A DNA stretch of 64,000 bases from the human T2T-CHM13v2.0 reference genome, Homo sapiens: the NCBI RefSeq assembly GCF_009914755.1, contig NC_060928.1; one strand, 5' to 3'. Positions 30,273 to 48,390 of the stretch are shown one piece after another; position 1 is the stretch's first letter; every line of letters begins with the position of its first letter. The position numbers and the translations under genes are program-made. The notes beneath the pieces were generated by a model. It searched no databases and was not told the DNA's origin. It was given only the letters and a program-made list of their open reading frames with translations.

Positions 30273-31399
30273 TGTACAGGGTAATTTTAAGAGAGGCGAT
30301 AAAAGGTTTGGAAAAAACATCATTGGAGAGAATAAGAGCAGAACCGTTTATTGGGCCCTCATTGTGAACCAAGCATTTCACTAGGCACTTTACATTCTCA
30401 TTGAACCTTCACAGTTATCCTATGAGAAAGCTACTGTTATCCCCATTGTATGGATCAGGAAGCAGGTTTAGAGAGATGGGGTGACTAGCTAAAGGTGACA
30501 GAGCTAGCTGGGATGGTGCCAGGCTTTCTTTGACAGGAGAGCCAGCCCTCTTGATCTCTGTGCTCTGCTGTCTCATAAGGGAGAAGCAGCATCGCAAAGG
30601 TACGTGGGCTGAGTGCTGAGGAGTTAAGGGCCAAGATGTGAAGTTGGAGGCCATGAAAGACTAGCAACGCCCGCGGTGTGGTTGTGGAATTTTTGTAGGT
30701 GGAACACTAACACTCCTGGAGTGAAGCAGTGGAGATCTCATCTGTGGGCGTGGTACGACAGAGGGCCAGGGCACAAGAATGTTTAATGAGAGCTGCCCAC
30801 ACCTCATCAAGCCAAGGGAGGAGCCGAGGCCGGGAGGAAGCTGAGAGCTTGGAGAGAAGGGAAGGGTCAGAGGCCTGCGAGGCCTCCTATCTGCTGGCAT
30901 GCAAAAGCCTTCCATGTGGCCGTGAGAATGGGCGAGCGCCGTGGAGTGGAGATGAGGGTTGCTGGAGGTGAGGAGGTCCAGTTGCGGTGTGGGTGGAATC
31001 TGCCCCATGTTCTATGTCTGTTGTCTTTTTTCTCATTGACTGAAGGAATTGCCCCCAGAAGTTCTCTGGTAAAATGTTAAAGGAAGATTGCATTATCCAT
31101 TATTAAATCAGAGGGAGTTGAGGAGGCTGAGGGTGGGTAGAATGGGTGTTGCCATCTGTTGATTTGCCCACGGCTGTCTCTGGGTGTGCCAGCGTCATTC
31201 AGGCCATTCTCTTGTGGCTGTGCTCAGGCACAGTTTTGCTGACTAAACTCTACAGAAGTCAGGTATTGGGAAGGAGAATTGTTTCTTCTTTAGAGGAGTA
31301 GGTTTTAACCATGTTAAATTTCCAAGAATGGGTTTATTTATCGCCTCTACATAGTGTAGACCATTCCAGGAAAATAAATGATTTTTGATTCAAGTACTA

Positions 31400-31701
31400 T
31401 ATTTATTTATTTATTTAGAGACAGGGTCTCACTCCTGTCACCCAGGCTGGAGTGCAGTGATGCAATCATGGCTCTCTGCAGCCTCGACTACCTGGGCTCA
31501 GGTGATCCTCCCACCTCAGCCTCCTGAGTAGCTGGGACTACAGGGACGTGCCACCATGCCTGGCCAATTTTTAAAATTTTTAGTAGAGATGAGGTTTCGC
31601 CATGTTGCCCAGGCTGGGCTTTGAATTCCTGGCTCAAGTCAAGGGCCCACCTTAGCCTCCCAAAATGCTGGGATTATTGGCATGAGCCACTGTGCCTGGC
31701 C
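31400..31701 (-). mobile_element. AluJ-like
   Basis: Antisense dimer. Confidence 0.9.
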
Positions 31702-31963
31702 TAAGCACTGTATTTAAAACTACCTCTCATACATTTAACTGATTTTCCTTGCCTTCTAAAGTGATTAATGGCTTGTTAATACCATTGTGGAATAAAATTC
31801 TGTAGAGAAAGAGTTCATACTGCCTCTTGTCTTTATGAACATACAAATGAAATATTATAATTATCATTTTAGTTAATCTAAAGTCCAAGAATGACTCTAC
31901 ATTCAAACAAACCTTTCTGATTTTCCTAATAATAACACACTTCTGTTTTTTTCAGGAATCATA

Positions 31964-32271
31964 ATTTTTTTTTTTTTTTTTCCTCAACAGAGTTTTGCTC
32001 TTGTTGCCCAGGCTGGAGTGCAATGGCACAATCTCAGCTCACGCAACATCCGCCTCCCAGGTTCAAGCAATTCTCCTGCCTCAGCCTCCCGAGTAGCTGG
32101 GATTACAGGCATGAGCCAACACGCCTGGCTAATTTTGTATTTTTTTTTTTTAGTAGAGACAGGGTTTCTCCATGTTGGTCAGGCTGGTCTCGAACTCCTG
32201 ACCTCAGGTGATCCACCTGCCTCGGCCTCCCAAAGTGCTGGGATTACAGGCGTGAGCCACTGCGCCTGGCC
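31964..32271 (-). mobile_element. AluS
   Basis: Antisense dimer. Confidence 0.92.
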
Positions 32272-32466
32272 CAGGGATCATAATCTTTATCATCAGGACC
32301 AGTTCGCAGTGTTTCCTAAAGTGTAGTCTGAGGGTTCACAGAAATAATTTAGGAAATGTTGTTAAAAATACAATACTTACTCTAAAGACATATCCTAAAT
32401 TTTGTGAATTAAGAATATAAGGGAATAGTGTCTAAAAATCTGCATTTGAACAAATTCCCCAAGTGA

Positions 32467-32969
<503 letters not shown>

Positions 32970-32998
32970 AATAACTTGTTTCTTTTAAGAGCAAAATT

Positions 32999-33317
<319 letters not shown>

Positions 33318-33667
33318 TCAACACATTTATTTTAGAATTTTAGATAGAAACAGAAGAAGCAATTTGTATGATCTAGATCTGGGCTGGAGTAAATAACTTT
33401 TACTTATCAATTAAAAGGGATATAAAAGTCTGTCTCTTTGAGTAGATTTAATTGCATTGTATTTTTGTCTTTATGCAGCTAGTCTTTTATGGCAGTAATT
33501 CATTCCATATCTTAATATGACACATTTATGCTATCTGGGCTGCTAGGTGTGGGGCCCAGCTTTTCACTTCAAAGGAATTATGGAAGTCGAGGTCCCAGTA
33601 AATCAAATTACCAATGTAATTTTTTTCTAAGTATTTTATCACCAGTTTTTATTTAAAAGCTAGTTAA

Positions 33668-34130
33668 TGTGAAAAACACACTCACCCGTCTAAACCCAAA
33701 GAATGGACTCAGAGACATGAAGAACAGCAGAAGAGAGACTTTTAATGGTGGTCTTGCAAGATGGGGTGTCTGGTAGGCAGGCACACCTGGGACAGTTACA
33801 GCAGGTAATTTATCTCCTAGCACACAAGTCCCCTTGCCCAGTTCCTCATTGGTCTAGTACTACGGGGTTACAATCTTCCCGGACATCGCCTAAGTTTTAT
33901 TATCCCCCTTATAAGGTTATACCCCATCCATCCCCTTCCCCGCTTAAGTTTCAATTTCCCAATAATGCAATTTTCTTCCCTTTTATGGGCCGACCCCTCC
34001 TCTGCATCCTGTTTGCTTATCATGACTTTCTAGGTGCATGAGCCGTGCAGTTTGTCATGTCCACAGGCCGGATACCAGTACTTAGATTTATCATGCTTCA
34101 AAACTGGACCATTTAAAATGTTTCCTCACA
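33668..34130 (-). mobile_element. Solo LTR, ERVL class (LTR32-like)
   Basis: TG...CA ends, perfect 5-bp TSD GTTAA (33663-33667, 34131-34135); family name from recall. Confidence 0.75.
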
Positions 34131-34571
34131 GTTAACAAATTAACTAAGATAATGGCATTATGGTATTCCAGGACAGTAATGGAGTACAAAACAGTGATTG
34201 ATTTCATGACTAAAGATCTCTGTGAAAAAAGCAATTCAACGTGACTCATCCAGTTGTTGAGTTACAGGACAGCTTTAAAGCAGGGGCAGCTCTTCTGGTT
34301 CCTTCAGCATTTATGTTCAGTGCTATCAGCGAGAACTATTATGACATGAGAATTCTTTTTCCAATATACTTTAATATGTATGAACTTCAAAATTCTCTTA
34401 GATTGGTTGTATACTTGAGTAATTTATCTTCTGTGACCTGGGCTAGAAAGTGAAATGTAGAGAGCATGCCAGAATAGGAAGAATATTAGAATTCCTAAGC
34501 CCAGCCTTCCATGGTGGTATGGCTCATTAGCCACCCGATTATGAGTTTCCATCAAAAATAAATGAAGCCAA

Positions 34572-34870
34572 GGCTGGGTGTGGTAGCTCACACCTGTTAT
34601 GCTAGCACTTTGGGAGGCTGAGGCGGGTGGATCACCTGAGGTCAGGAGTTCGAGACCTGCCTGGCCAACATGGTGAAACCCCGTCTCTACTAAAAATATA
34701 AAAATTAGCTGGGCATGGTGGCACATGCCTGTAGTCCCAGCTATTTGGGAGGCTGAGGCAGGAGAATCACTTGAAACCTGGAAGGCAGAGGTTGCAGTGA
34801 GCCAAGATGGCACCACTGCACTCCAGCCTGGGTGACAGAGTGAGACTTAGTCTAAAAAAAAAAAAGAATA
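34572..34870 (+). mobile_element. AluS
   Basis: Dimer; TSD AATAAATGAAGCC. Confidence 0.92.
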
Positions 34871-35352
34871 AATGAAGCCCTGTGAGTACAGAGAACATAA
34901 TTTATTTACCGTTCCCTCTCCAGTACCCAGCTAAGTGCCAGGCACCCAGAGTGAGTCCTCAGTAAATGTTAGATGATTGAATAAACTGATGGAAACATGA
35001 TTCATATCATAGAAACCTATGATTTCCCTTATGAACTCAAAATTACAATAGAAGCCAGTGATAAAATAGTTACAGAATTTTTTTATCATATAAACTTTTT
35101 TAGAAATGCAAAAATTATTGTCAGGGTTTTCAGTTACCTTTTTCTAAGCCAGTTTGCTTTTCTTCATTCTTTTTTTCTAGCTTCTATTCGTTCTCTACTA
35201 GCCAATTTAGTCAAACTGCTATCTGCCTGTGTATTTTCAAGTACATGTTCTGATTTCAATTTTCAAGTGTTTGTCTGATTTGAAATATACTTAAATTTCT
35301 CTTGTAATCAAATGGAGTGTGTTTTGTAAAGATCTTCAGATTTGAATCTTAG

Positions 35353-35725
<373 letters not shown>

Positions 35726-36848
35726 AAAAACAACCTAAGTATTATTAACCGACCTCAAAATCTACTTCTATTGATCACTTAATGAAGATTTTGCCTTTGT
35801 GTTAATACTTATTTTTCTTTTAGAAAGCAGGTTATTCACCAGGAAACATTACGAAAGGAACCTGCTATGAAAGTAAAATATGACGGCATGAGAGGTCATA
35901 ACATCAATCCCATGTAATATAACTATAATCATTTTTCGGAAAGGAAATTAACGTTGTTAAAAAGTTTAGGCTATGACTTTTGGAACCATAATAGTAACCT
36001 GTATCTCTGAACTGCTTTATAATTGTCAAAGCACTTTTATGTGCATATTATCCTTCTTCAAATGCATAATAATTCATTAATTTAAATAGTGCAGACATTA
36101 TTATTTTACATTGACGTGACTCTCAGAGAGGTGGACATGTTCATCATAGCCCAGCAAGTTAATGGAGAATAATCAACTGCAGCTTCATTTATTCTGGGTT
36201 TTAACTGAATGCTTTTGCCACTCTAATGTGATGTAATATGCTTTTGTCATAGTAATAATAAGGGGATTATGCCCCAGCATGAAGCACATTTTAATTTCGT
36301 ATTTGTTCAGAGAAAAGATCTAATGGTTTCATATCCCTTCATAGGATGTAGTCTCTCGGTCTATCTTAATAGAGAATTGTCTTTCATTATGGAAGTAGCA
36401 ACAGAACCAGAATCATACATTTGATGCATGTAGGCATGGTTGGCCTTTGGCCTGGACACAAAACATACTTTGATACATGGTGTAATAAGCTACAGAAGCT
36501 TCTGATCTAATCTGCCATTCATCTTTCTCTATGTTCATGTGAGATAAAATCAGGATACAGATGTAGGCTTTTGGAAGCTGTGTTGGTCTTACTAAGTACC
36601 CCTCGGGAATAGAAGGCCCTGACCTGTGCCTTCACACTGCCTCTCTTGTTCATTACTCAGTTCTTCTTCTGGAGGTGCCCTGCTCAGAGGACCTGGGCTT
36701 TCAAGGGACATTGTTTAGGGTTGGCCAAAGAGGCTGAAAAGGGATTTTTCCAGTTCACCTATGCATAATTCGTGCTTCAAGGCCAGAAAAGCTGAGAGTA
36801 CCTCACCTCCCACCCCATTCTCTCCTTTGTTCCTTCAGTTTCTTCTCA

Positions 36849-37639
<791 letters not shown>

Positions 37640-38009
37640 GACTCCCCTGTGAAGCAAAAGAAAATTCTTGAGGCATTTAATCTTTTGAATCAAGTCAGAG
37701 TCCAAATCCACCTATATATTTTATAGACGCTTTTAGTATGATTTAGAACATTTTTGGTGGTACCAGTAGCATAACAGTGGCCACATTTTTTATTTAAATA
37801 GAAAAAAAAAGATGGAGACAAACTAAATATAGAATAAGAGAATAAATTATGATATAAGCTATTCAAAACATTGTCTGAGTCTTTTATTATTATAAAAGAT
37901 ATTCATGATAAAATACTGAGTGTAAACAGCCAGATGCAAAGTTGTATGTATACCATGATCCCAATTTCTTTTAAAAAGTATACAGATGAAAAAGTTACCA
38001 ATAATTTAT

Positions 38010-38165
38010 TGTTGTCAGACATTGTTACAGTACTTGGTGTGTGTTAATTAATGCTCATATCAATTTTGTGAGGTAGGTACTATTGTTATCTCTATTTTAC
38101 GTATGAGGAAAGTGAGGTATGGAAAAGTAACTTGCCCAAGGTTACATAGTAAGTGTTGGAATCAC
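38010..38165 (-). mobile_element. MIR
   Basis: ATGAGGAAAGTGAGG...AAGTAACTTGCCCAAGGTTACA. Confidence 0.75.
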
Positions 38166-39042
38166 TGACAAGAAGGAAATGTACCAAAATGTTATTAGTG
38201 ATCATCTGGATCATCATTATGAGTCAGTTTAATTCCTTACATCTATAATAGAGAATGTATTTCTGCTGTTTATGTAATTGGAAATAACAGTTTAAAAAGA
38301 AATTATAGCATTTTTGAAATTTAGGAAAACAGTAATATGAGAAAACTTGTAGGTTGAATTTTAAAGAATAGCTGCTCCTTCCTGTATCTAAAGTAGAAAT
38401 TGTGCTTGACTAAGAGGGGAAAAAAAGGCACAAATCCACTATTTTCTATTAATACACTCTCCCTAAATGATAACCTCTCAGTATCATGTTAACAATTTTC
38501 TGTTTTTTTTGATAAGGAAAGTAAGATATTCTTTAGTTCATGGTTCAGCACAATAAAAGCACAACTCAGGAAACTGTCAAACCAGGTTTTGTTTGGATAC
38601 TTAAATGCTTTACGTCACAGCAAAACATCTCCAGGGAATGTGCGCTTTCCTCTCTGTAAAGCACATCCTCAAAGGCAAAAATACTTCAAGAATTATGTGC
38701 TCTGTTATGCTGTGTCTTACTGGTTGCTTAACTTTTCAACCCCTCCGTGCTTTTATTTCTGCCATTCCTGTGCCTTTAGAAAACCCCTCAATCAACCCAC
38801 TTTGGATTTGTTGGAAGTTGGTAAACATTTTGAGTTGTATTTGTGATACTGTCTGGTGGGCGCTCTAAGAGCTTTGTGAGAGCAGCCATTACAGACTAGA
38901 TGCCCACGGCTTGAACATGGCTCAAAGTTTAGCCCAAACAGTGGCAGCCTGCAGAGTTTGTAATAACGTTGAATTAGTTGGAGATATCGTCCAAAATTCA
39001 TGACTTCTTTTTTTGGTGTTGTTGTTGGAAAAAAAAAAATCA

Positions 39043-39353
<311 letters not shown>

Positions 39354-40467
39354 TTTAGAGCACCTCTCAGCACAGTAGTTGCAATCCCCTTCACACATTT
39401 AGAGTCCTTGTCAGGCCCCTATCATCTTTTTTTAGATCCCTGATATTATTTATTTGATCCTCCTGAGGCATATTAGCCCACATAATAAGCAAGCTAGAGA
39501 GGGGAGTGGCTGGGTCAAGGACCTACCATTAGTAAATGGCAGAGTGGAGCCCGCCTGCAATGGGAGCCTGTGTTCTTTCTCTTAACACGGCTGCTTGGCT
39601 TCCAGGTGGGGAGTGACACTGTTGCTCATGTCATGATCTTTTGTCAGAATCTTAATCATATTAGGTGTAGGTGGCCTTTCAAGTTTCTTAGTCCCTTCTC
39701 ATCCTTCTGAGGAGGGATATGCATATTTTCTTCATTTCTTTGGTTTTGAATAAATTAGTCTTTGAGGCTGAGGCAGAATATCGTTGTTTCGAAAGAGGTC
39801 CTGGTTTTGAGACTATCATAGTTTAAGAATGAGAGTATTAGTCATGAGATCCCAGTAGATTGTCAGATGCTGCATATACTTGGAGAGACTCAGCCATGGG
39901 ACGGCTCCATGTGGTTAATGATGATTTTTGGGGAGTTTGTGTTTGCTTTTGTAAGATGAACCATTTCAGTAGCTTTATAGGATATTACACCTGTCACCCC
40001 TTGAACTCTGTACAACTGTTTTCCTTTTCAAAATAGCACCAAAAATACATCAAACTTTTAAATGTATGTAATGGAGGTGAGAGACACTTGTTTATTTGAG
40101 AAGACCAGGTAATAGGCATGAAGAAAATTGCACGTTACAGGTTGGCTGCCCTGGCTCCCAGTGAGCAGTGTCCTACTTAAAAACAGTGGACAATGAGGTG
40201 TGTATGTTGGCTGGATTCCAGGGAGTTCCTGATTGTTCAGTTGCTTCTGGTGTGAGTACTCAGGTTTCTCTGCCTGGCTTCTCTCTAGATGTTGTTTCCT
40301 CATAAGAGGGTCTGTAGTAGCCTTGACACAAAGACAGTTTGAGCGCATTACGGCTGGTACTCTGGAGTAAACAGAAAGCTGATATATATTCAGAAAAGGG
40401 TTTATTGATAAAACGTACATGCTTTTTCATGCTGAGGATCTGTCACATATATTAGAGAAAAGTTTTC

Positions 40468-40813
<346 letters not shown>

Positions 40814-41029
40814 TTAAAATTTTCTCTCTCTGCAGAAAAACTCACTGGGTGATTAAAAATGATCTTGATACGTTGTTTTCAAATAGGTTTAAATCTTAAA
40901 ATGAAGACAAAACTTTATTTTATTTTTGTTGTTGTTTTTTAAATCTTTTTTATGCTTTGCTTTCTTTTTTTTTGTTTCGGTTTTTTTTTGTGTGTGTTTT
41001 TCACTTATTTAAATAGAAAATAAGGTGTA

Positions 41030-42888
41030 TTTTTTTTTTCTTTTTTTTTTTTTTTATTGATCATTCTTGGGTGTTTCTCGCAGAGGGGGATTTGGCAGGG
41101 TCACAGGACAATAGTGGAGGGAAGGTCAGCAGATAAGTGAACAAAGGTCTCTGGTTTTCCTAGGCAGAGGACCCTGCGGCCTTCCGCAGTGTTTGTGTCC
41201 CTGGGTACTTGAGATTAGGGAGTGGTGATGACTCTTAACGAGCAAGCTGCCTTCAAGCATCTGTTTAACAAAGCACATCTTGCACCACCCTTAATCCATT
41301 CAACCCTGAGTGGACACAGCACATGTTTCAGAGAGCACAGGGTTGGGGGTAAGGTCATAGATCAACAGGATCCCAAGGCAGAAGAATTTTTCTTAGTACA
41401 GAACAAAATGAAAAGTCTCCCATGTCTACCTCTTTCTACACAGACATGGCAACCATCCGATTTCTCAGTCTTTTCCCCACCTTTCCCCCCTTTCTATTCC
41501 ACAAAACCGCCATTGTCATCATGGCCCGTTCTCAATGAGCTGTTGAGTACACCTCCCAGATGGGGTGGTGGCCGGGCAGAGGGGCTCCTCACTTCCCAGT
41601 AGGGGCGGCCGGGCAGAGGCGCCTCTCACCTCCCGGACGGGGCGGCTGGCCGGGCGGGGGGCTGACCCCCCCACCTCCCTCCCGGATGGGGCGGCTGGCC
41701 GGGCAGAGGGGCTCCTCTCTTCCCAGTAGGGGCGGCCGGGCAGAGGCGCCCCTCACCTCCCGGATGGGGCAGCTGGCTGGGCGGGGGGCTGACCCCCCCA
41801 CCTCCCTCCTGGACAGGGCGGCTGGCCGGGCAGAGGGGCTCCTCACTTCCCAGTAGGGGCGGCCGGGCAGAGGCGCCCCTCACCTCCCGGACGGAGCGGC
41901 TGGCTGGGCGGGGGGCTAACCCCCCCACCTCCCTTCCGGACGGGGCGGCTGCCGGGCGGGGGGCTGACCCCCACCTCCCTCCCAGACGGGGTGGCTGCCG
42001 GGCGGAGACGCTCCTCACTTCCCAGACGGAGTGGCTGCCGAGCGGAGGGGCTCCTCACTTCTCAGACGGGGCGGTTGCCAGGCAGAGGGTCTCCTCACTT
42101 CTCAGACGGGGCGGCCGGGCAGAGACGCTCCTCACATCCCAGACGGGGCGGCAGGGCAGAGGCGCTCCCCACATCTCAGACGATGGGCGGCCTGGCAGAG
42201 ATGCTTCTCACTTCCTAGATGGGATGGCGGCCGGGCAGAGACGCTCCTCACTTTCCAGACTGGGCAGCCAGGCAGAGAGGCTCCTCACATCCCAGACGAT
42301 GGGCGGCCAGGCAGAGACGCTCCTCACTTCCCAGACGGGGTGGCGGCCGGGCAGAGGCTGCAATCTCGGCACTTTGCGGGGCCAAGGCAGGCAGCTGGGA
42401 GGTGGAGGTTGTAGCGAGCCGAGATCACGCCACTGCACTCCAGCCTGGGCACCATTGAGCACTGAGTGAACGCGACTCCGTCTGCCATCCCAGCACCTCA
42501 GGAGGCCGAGGCTGGCGGATCACTCGCGGTTAGGAGCTGGAGACCAGCCCGGCCAACACAGCGAAACCCCGTCTCCACCAAAAAAATATGAAAACCAGTC
42601 AGGCGTGGCGGCGCGCGCCTGCAATCGCAGGCACTCGGCAGGCTGAGGCAGGAGAATCAGGCAGGGAGGTTGCAGTGAGCTGAGATGGCAGCAGTACAGT
42701 CCAGCTTTGGCTCGGCATCGGGGAGACCGTGGAAAGAGAGGGAGAGGGAGACCGTGGGGAGAGGGAGACCGTGGGGAGAGGGAGAGGGAGAGGAGGGAGA
42801 GGGAGAGGAGGGAGAGGGAGAGGAGGGAGAGGGAGAGGAGGGAGAGGGAGAGGAGGGAGAGGGAGAGGAGGGAGAGGGAGAGGAGGAC
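41030..42888 (-). mobile_element. Full-length SVA retrotransposon (possibly SVA_D), antisense to SNX25
   Basis: Poly(T), SINE-R (about 41057-41550), GC-rich VNTR (about 41550-42350), Alu-like domain, (CCCTCT)n-type 5' tract; TSD AGGTGTATTTTTTTTTT starting 41023 and 42889. Confidence 0.96.
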
Positions 42889-43461
42889 AGGTGTATTTTT
42901 TTTTTTACAGGATAGCGGTCTGGTTCACCAAGAGCTTTTATGAGTTAATATTGTGATACGCATACTGAAAACTTAAAGCAAGAGTAGAGTACCCTGTCCT
43001 CGTTTCTGGACCAGGATACTGAAGATTATCAGTTATCCTTTGTGACAGTGGGCAAAGTACACGTATTTTTCTTTCATCTTTCCTAAAACAGGCATTTTAG
43101 GAAGATGATTGTCAGGAAGAGGTTGTCTTTACCTGAAGCCTATGCTAGCATAATAGAGTAAGTCTTTGGGGAAATCTGCCTTGTGAAGTTTCTTTTTTTC
43201 AAACCTATAAATAGGAGAATGAAGACAATTATTGTTTGGTTATCCTCAGAGCCACAGGAATTTATTCATGTTTTAAATTTGTTGAATTTTCATTAGCTTC
43301 TTTCTCTTTTTTTCTGAAATTTCATCTTGGGGAAAATGATTAGTGGATTCTACCCTTTTGACCTGAAAGAAATAAGAGTATGTAGTGGCTGCTCATTCAG
43401 ACATGAGGAGATTCTGGCTTCAGAAATATTAAATCCGTAAAAAGGAATTTCCATGCAGAAT

Positions 43462-44204
43462 GTGTACAGAAAACTTTTTCCTCTACTTTCATACCACAAC
43501 AAACATAAACATAGAAGATTTTTGTGACCAAATGTGTGGGGTTTTTTTCCCCACACACCAAGCAAGCGGACACCAGCTGGGTGTCCTCTAATTGTTCCAG
43601 CATCGTCTACCTGGAGACAGTGTCAGAGCCCATAGATTAAGTGAAGCTCAGTCCCCAAGAGCCCTCAACCCCCCACCCCCAACGTCAGTCTGTAAGTCTG
43701 GGCTGCTGGAATTTCTTACCAACCAGCTTCAATTTGAGGTGCCCATGAGCCCCCTTTGGGTTCAGTTAATTTGCTGGAGCAGCTCACAGAACTCAGGGAA
43801 ACGCTTACTTACATTTACTGGTTTATTGTAGAAGATATTGCAAAGGATGCAGATGAAGAAATGCTACGGTGAGGTATGGGGGAGGGGTGCGGAGCTTTCA
43901 TGCCCTCCCTGGGCACCACCCTCCAGGAACCTCACATGTTCAGCTGTCCCGAAGCTCACTGAGCCCTGTCCTCTGGAGCTTTCCTTCCTCTAGAGTATAG
44001 GGTGGGATCTCTGATGGGAGGGTCCTAAGACCCACAGTCAGAGAGGCAGGGGCCCCTGAGAGTAGAAGGAGGGCAGAAAAAGGTCAGAGACTTGCCCCCG
44101 AGGCCCGACACACCCAACATTATAACAAAAGACTGTAACAAGGGCTGTGGGAGTTAGGAGCCAGGAACCCTGGATGAAAACCAATATATATCATAACACT
44201 GCAC
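43462..44204 (-). mobile_element. MER21-family LTR
   Basis: GCAGCTCACAGAACTCAGGGAAAC and CCCAACATTATAACAAAAGACTGTAACAAGGGCT motifs. Confidence 0.82.
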
Positions 44205-44474
44205 ATAGTAACCCAGTTATTTTTGGCCCATGAGGTGTTTTTTTCTCTTTCCTGTTCTCCTGGCTTACAGATTCTCCATCAGGCTATGGGGATGGGATAG
44301 GAAAAAAGAACTGTTTTCTTTCTAGTAAGGGCCAGTGATTCCTAGCGGGTGGGATGTGGGAACTTCAGAACCAGATTGGAAAATCAGATTGAAAGAATAA
44401 TAGGTAGGGGTTTTGCTTAAATAGAGCTAAAATAGAAAACATTATTCTCATAAACCCATCTCCCTTGCAATTTG

Positions 44475-44995
44475 ATTTTTATTATGGTAAAATACTTATA
44501 AAATTTGCTGTCTGAACCATTTTTGAGTATACAGTTCAGTGATACTAAATGCATTTATAATGTTGTGCAACCATTGCCACCATCTATCTCCATAACTCTT
44601 TTCATCTTGTAAAGCTGAAACTCTGCTAGGCATGGTGACTCATGCTTGTAATCCCAGCACTTTGGGAGGCCTAGGTGGGAGGATCGCTTGAGGCCAGGAG
44701 TTCAAGACCAACCTGGGCAACATGGGGAAACTCCCATCTTTACAAAAAACTTAAAACATAGCGGGACACACACTTGTAGTTCTAGCTACTCAGGAGGCTG
44801 AGGGGGAAGGATTGCTTGAGCCGGGAGATTGAGGCTACAGTGAGCCAAGATTGCACCACTGTACTCCAGCCTGGGTGGCACAGTGAGACCCTATCAAAAA
44901 ACAAAAAAACCCCCAAACTGAAACTCTATACCCATTAAACATTAACTCACCATTCTCCCCTTCCCCTAGCTCTTAGAGAAACCACCATTTTATCA
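44475..44995 (-). mobile_element. L1MA/MB 3' fragment interrupted by an Alu
   Basis: TTGTGCAACCATTGCCACCATCTATCTCCA...CTGAAACTCT. Confidence 0.78.
44624..44909 (+). mobile_element. AluJ-like
   Basis: Dimer; TSD CTGAAACTCT. Confidence 0.9.
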
Positions 44996-45295
44996 TTAAA
45001 TAAATGAAAGGCCTTATTCAGATGTAGTCAGTAGTGACAAACATATGTTTGCATGTTACATGTAAGTATGAAGTAGTGAGATAAAAGAAATATACAGACA
45101 CAGGGCAAGAGGTAGTAGATCTGTAACTAGGAAGATAAAAAATAAGAATAAAAAATTAAAAGTTTTGAAGGAAGTTATAAAGATAGACACATATCCAAAG
45201 AATATGCTTCAGATATGCATGTACTGTCAGTCATATTCATACCCAGCCCTTACAGGCAGTTTCCATTTTAAGAACTCAAATTCAGGAACAACTCC

Positions 45296-45588
45296 TTTCT
45301 TTCTTTTTTTTGAGACAGTGTCTTGCTATGTTGCCCAGGCTGGAGTGCAGTGGTGCAGTCCTGGGTCACCGCAGCCTGCATCTCCTGGGCTCAGTCAGAC
45401 CTCCTTCCTCACCCTCCTGAGTAGCTGGGACTACAGGTGCCTGCCACCAAGCCCAGCTAATTTTTTAAATTTTAGATGGGGTTTCACCATGTTAGCCAGG
45501 CTGGCCTCAAACTCCTGACCCCAGGTGATCCACCCGCCTCTGCCTCCCGAAGTGCTGGGATTATAGGCGTGAGCCACCGCACCCGGCC
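45296..45588 (-). mobile_element. Alu
   Basis: Antisense dimer. Confidence 0.9.
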
Positions 45589-46563
45589 AGGAACTTCTTC
45601 AATAAGTTTTTTGGCTTTGGTTTTATCATTTGATCAGTATTGTTCATTTAACTATTTGCCAAAGCATTGAGAAGTTGTGATTAAAATTATTTAGCAGTGT
45701 AGACCTCTGAAAGCATTTAACTCCATTAAATATTACCCCCAAAATTCGTAAGTTGTTTAAATATCTGCCTGATGTTTTAAAAGCAGTAGAATTTGAAAAT
45801 TCCTCATTTCCTCAATTTTTTTTTCTGTGAACTAAATGAAAAATGTTAAATTTCAATAAAATCTAGACCATTTATTTAATTTCATAGAGAGCTACCCAGA
45901 AACTAGAAAATAGTTTTAAAAGGTCACATGATTTTCTTTTATGCATTAAATGTCTTTGTCTATATATGATTATGATTAAGATTTTTAAAAAATTCCTTTG
46001 GAAAATGTTGAATGCTATATATTAATTTGAGCATAAAGGAATATCTTTTCTTTCTTGGGTGCAACATGTACATCTTAAGGTTTTAAAAAAAAATTCCACT
46101 AAGAAATCTTGAATCTATGGCTTTTTTCCTCTTTTTTTATAAGGTCACCAGGAGACTTTTGTTTGTTTTTAATAACAGTAAGCACGAACAGGGATGACAT
46201 CCTTGGCACTTGATCATAGATACCATGAGACTAATCAAGGACTGGAAATTCTCCACTCCCAGTTGGGTGGCCTGGGGCTGTGGGATTGATTGCATCTGTG
46301 CTGGTCTGGCCTCTGCTTGAGAACGAAGTGGTTCTCCACACTTGTTTGTAGGATGAGGGCAACCGTAACATTAGCCTTTTAGCTCTCCAAGTCATGTGGC
46401 AGTGCTGGTCAAGAACTTGTAATATTTCTCACGTGAAAAAAAAATGTTCTGCAATTTTTTTTGTTTCTTTTTTTCGTTCCAAACCAGTAAGTAGACCCCA
46501 ATTACATTGTATATGCTTTTGATTACGGTGATATGTGATCAAGTAAAAAAAATCCTCTTTTAA

Positions 46564-46932
<369 letters not shown>

Positions 46933-47099
46933 CAAAGCAGTATCTTTATACAGTTATTTTTAACATCACTTGCTGGTATACAGACACACATAGACTTAAA
47001 ATTCTATACCTCCGCCTAGAGGAAACCACTTTTAAAAGTGTCTGTGCTTGCAAACATTTTCCCATCATAGAAAACTTTCCATGAAGGTATATATGTATC

Positions 47100-48390
<1,291 letters not shown>

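Noticed and set aside
41222-42956. ORFs including EGEGEE and RGG repeats
   Set aside because: SVA VNTR and hexamer translations
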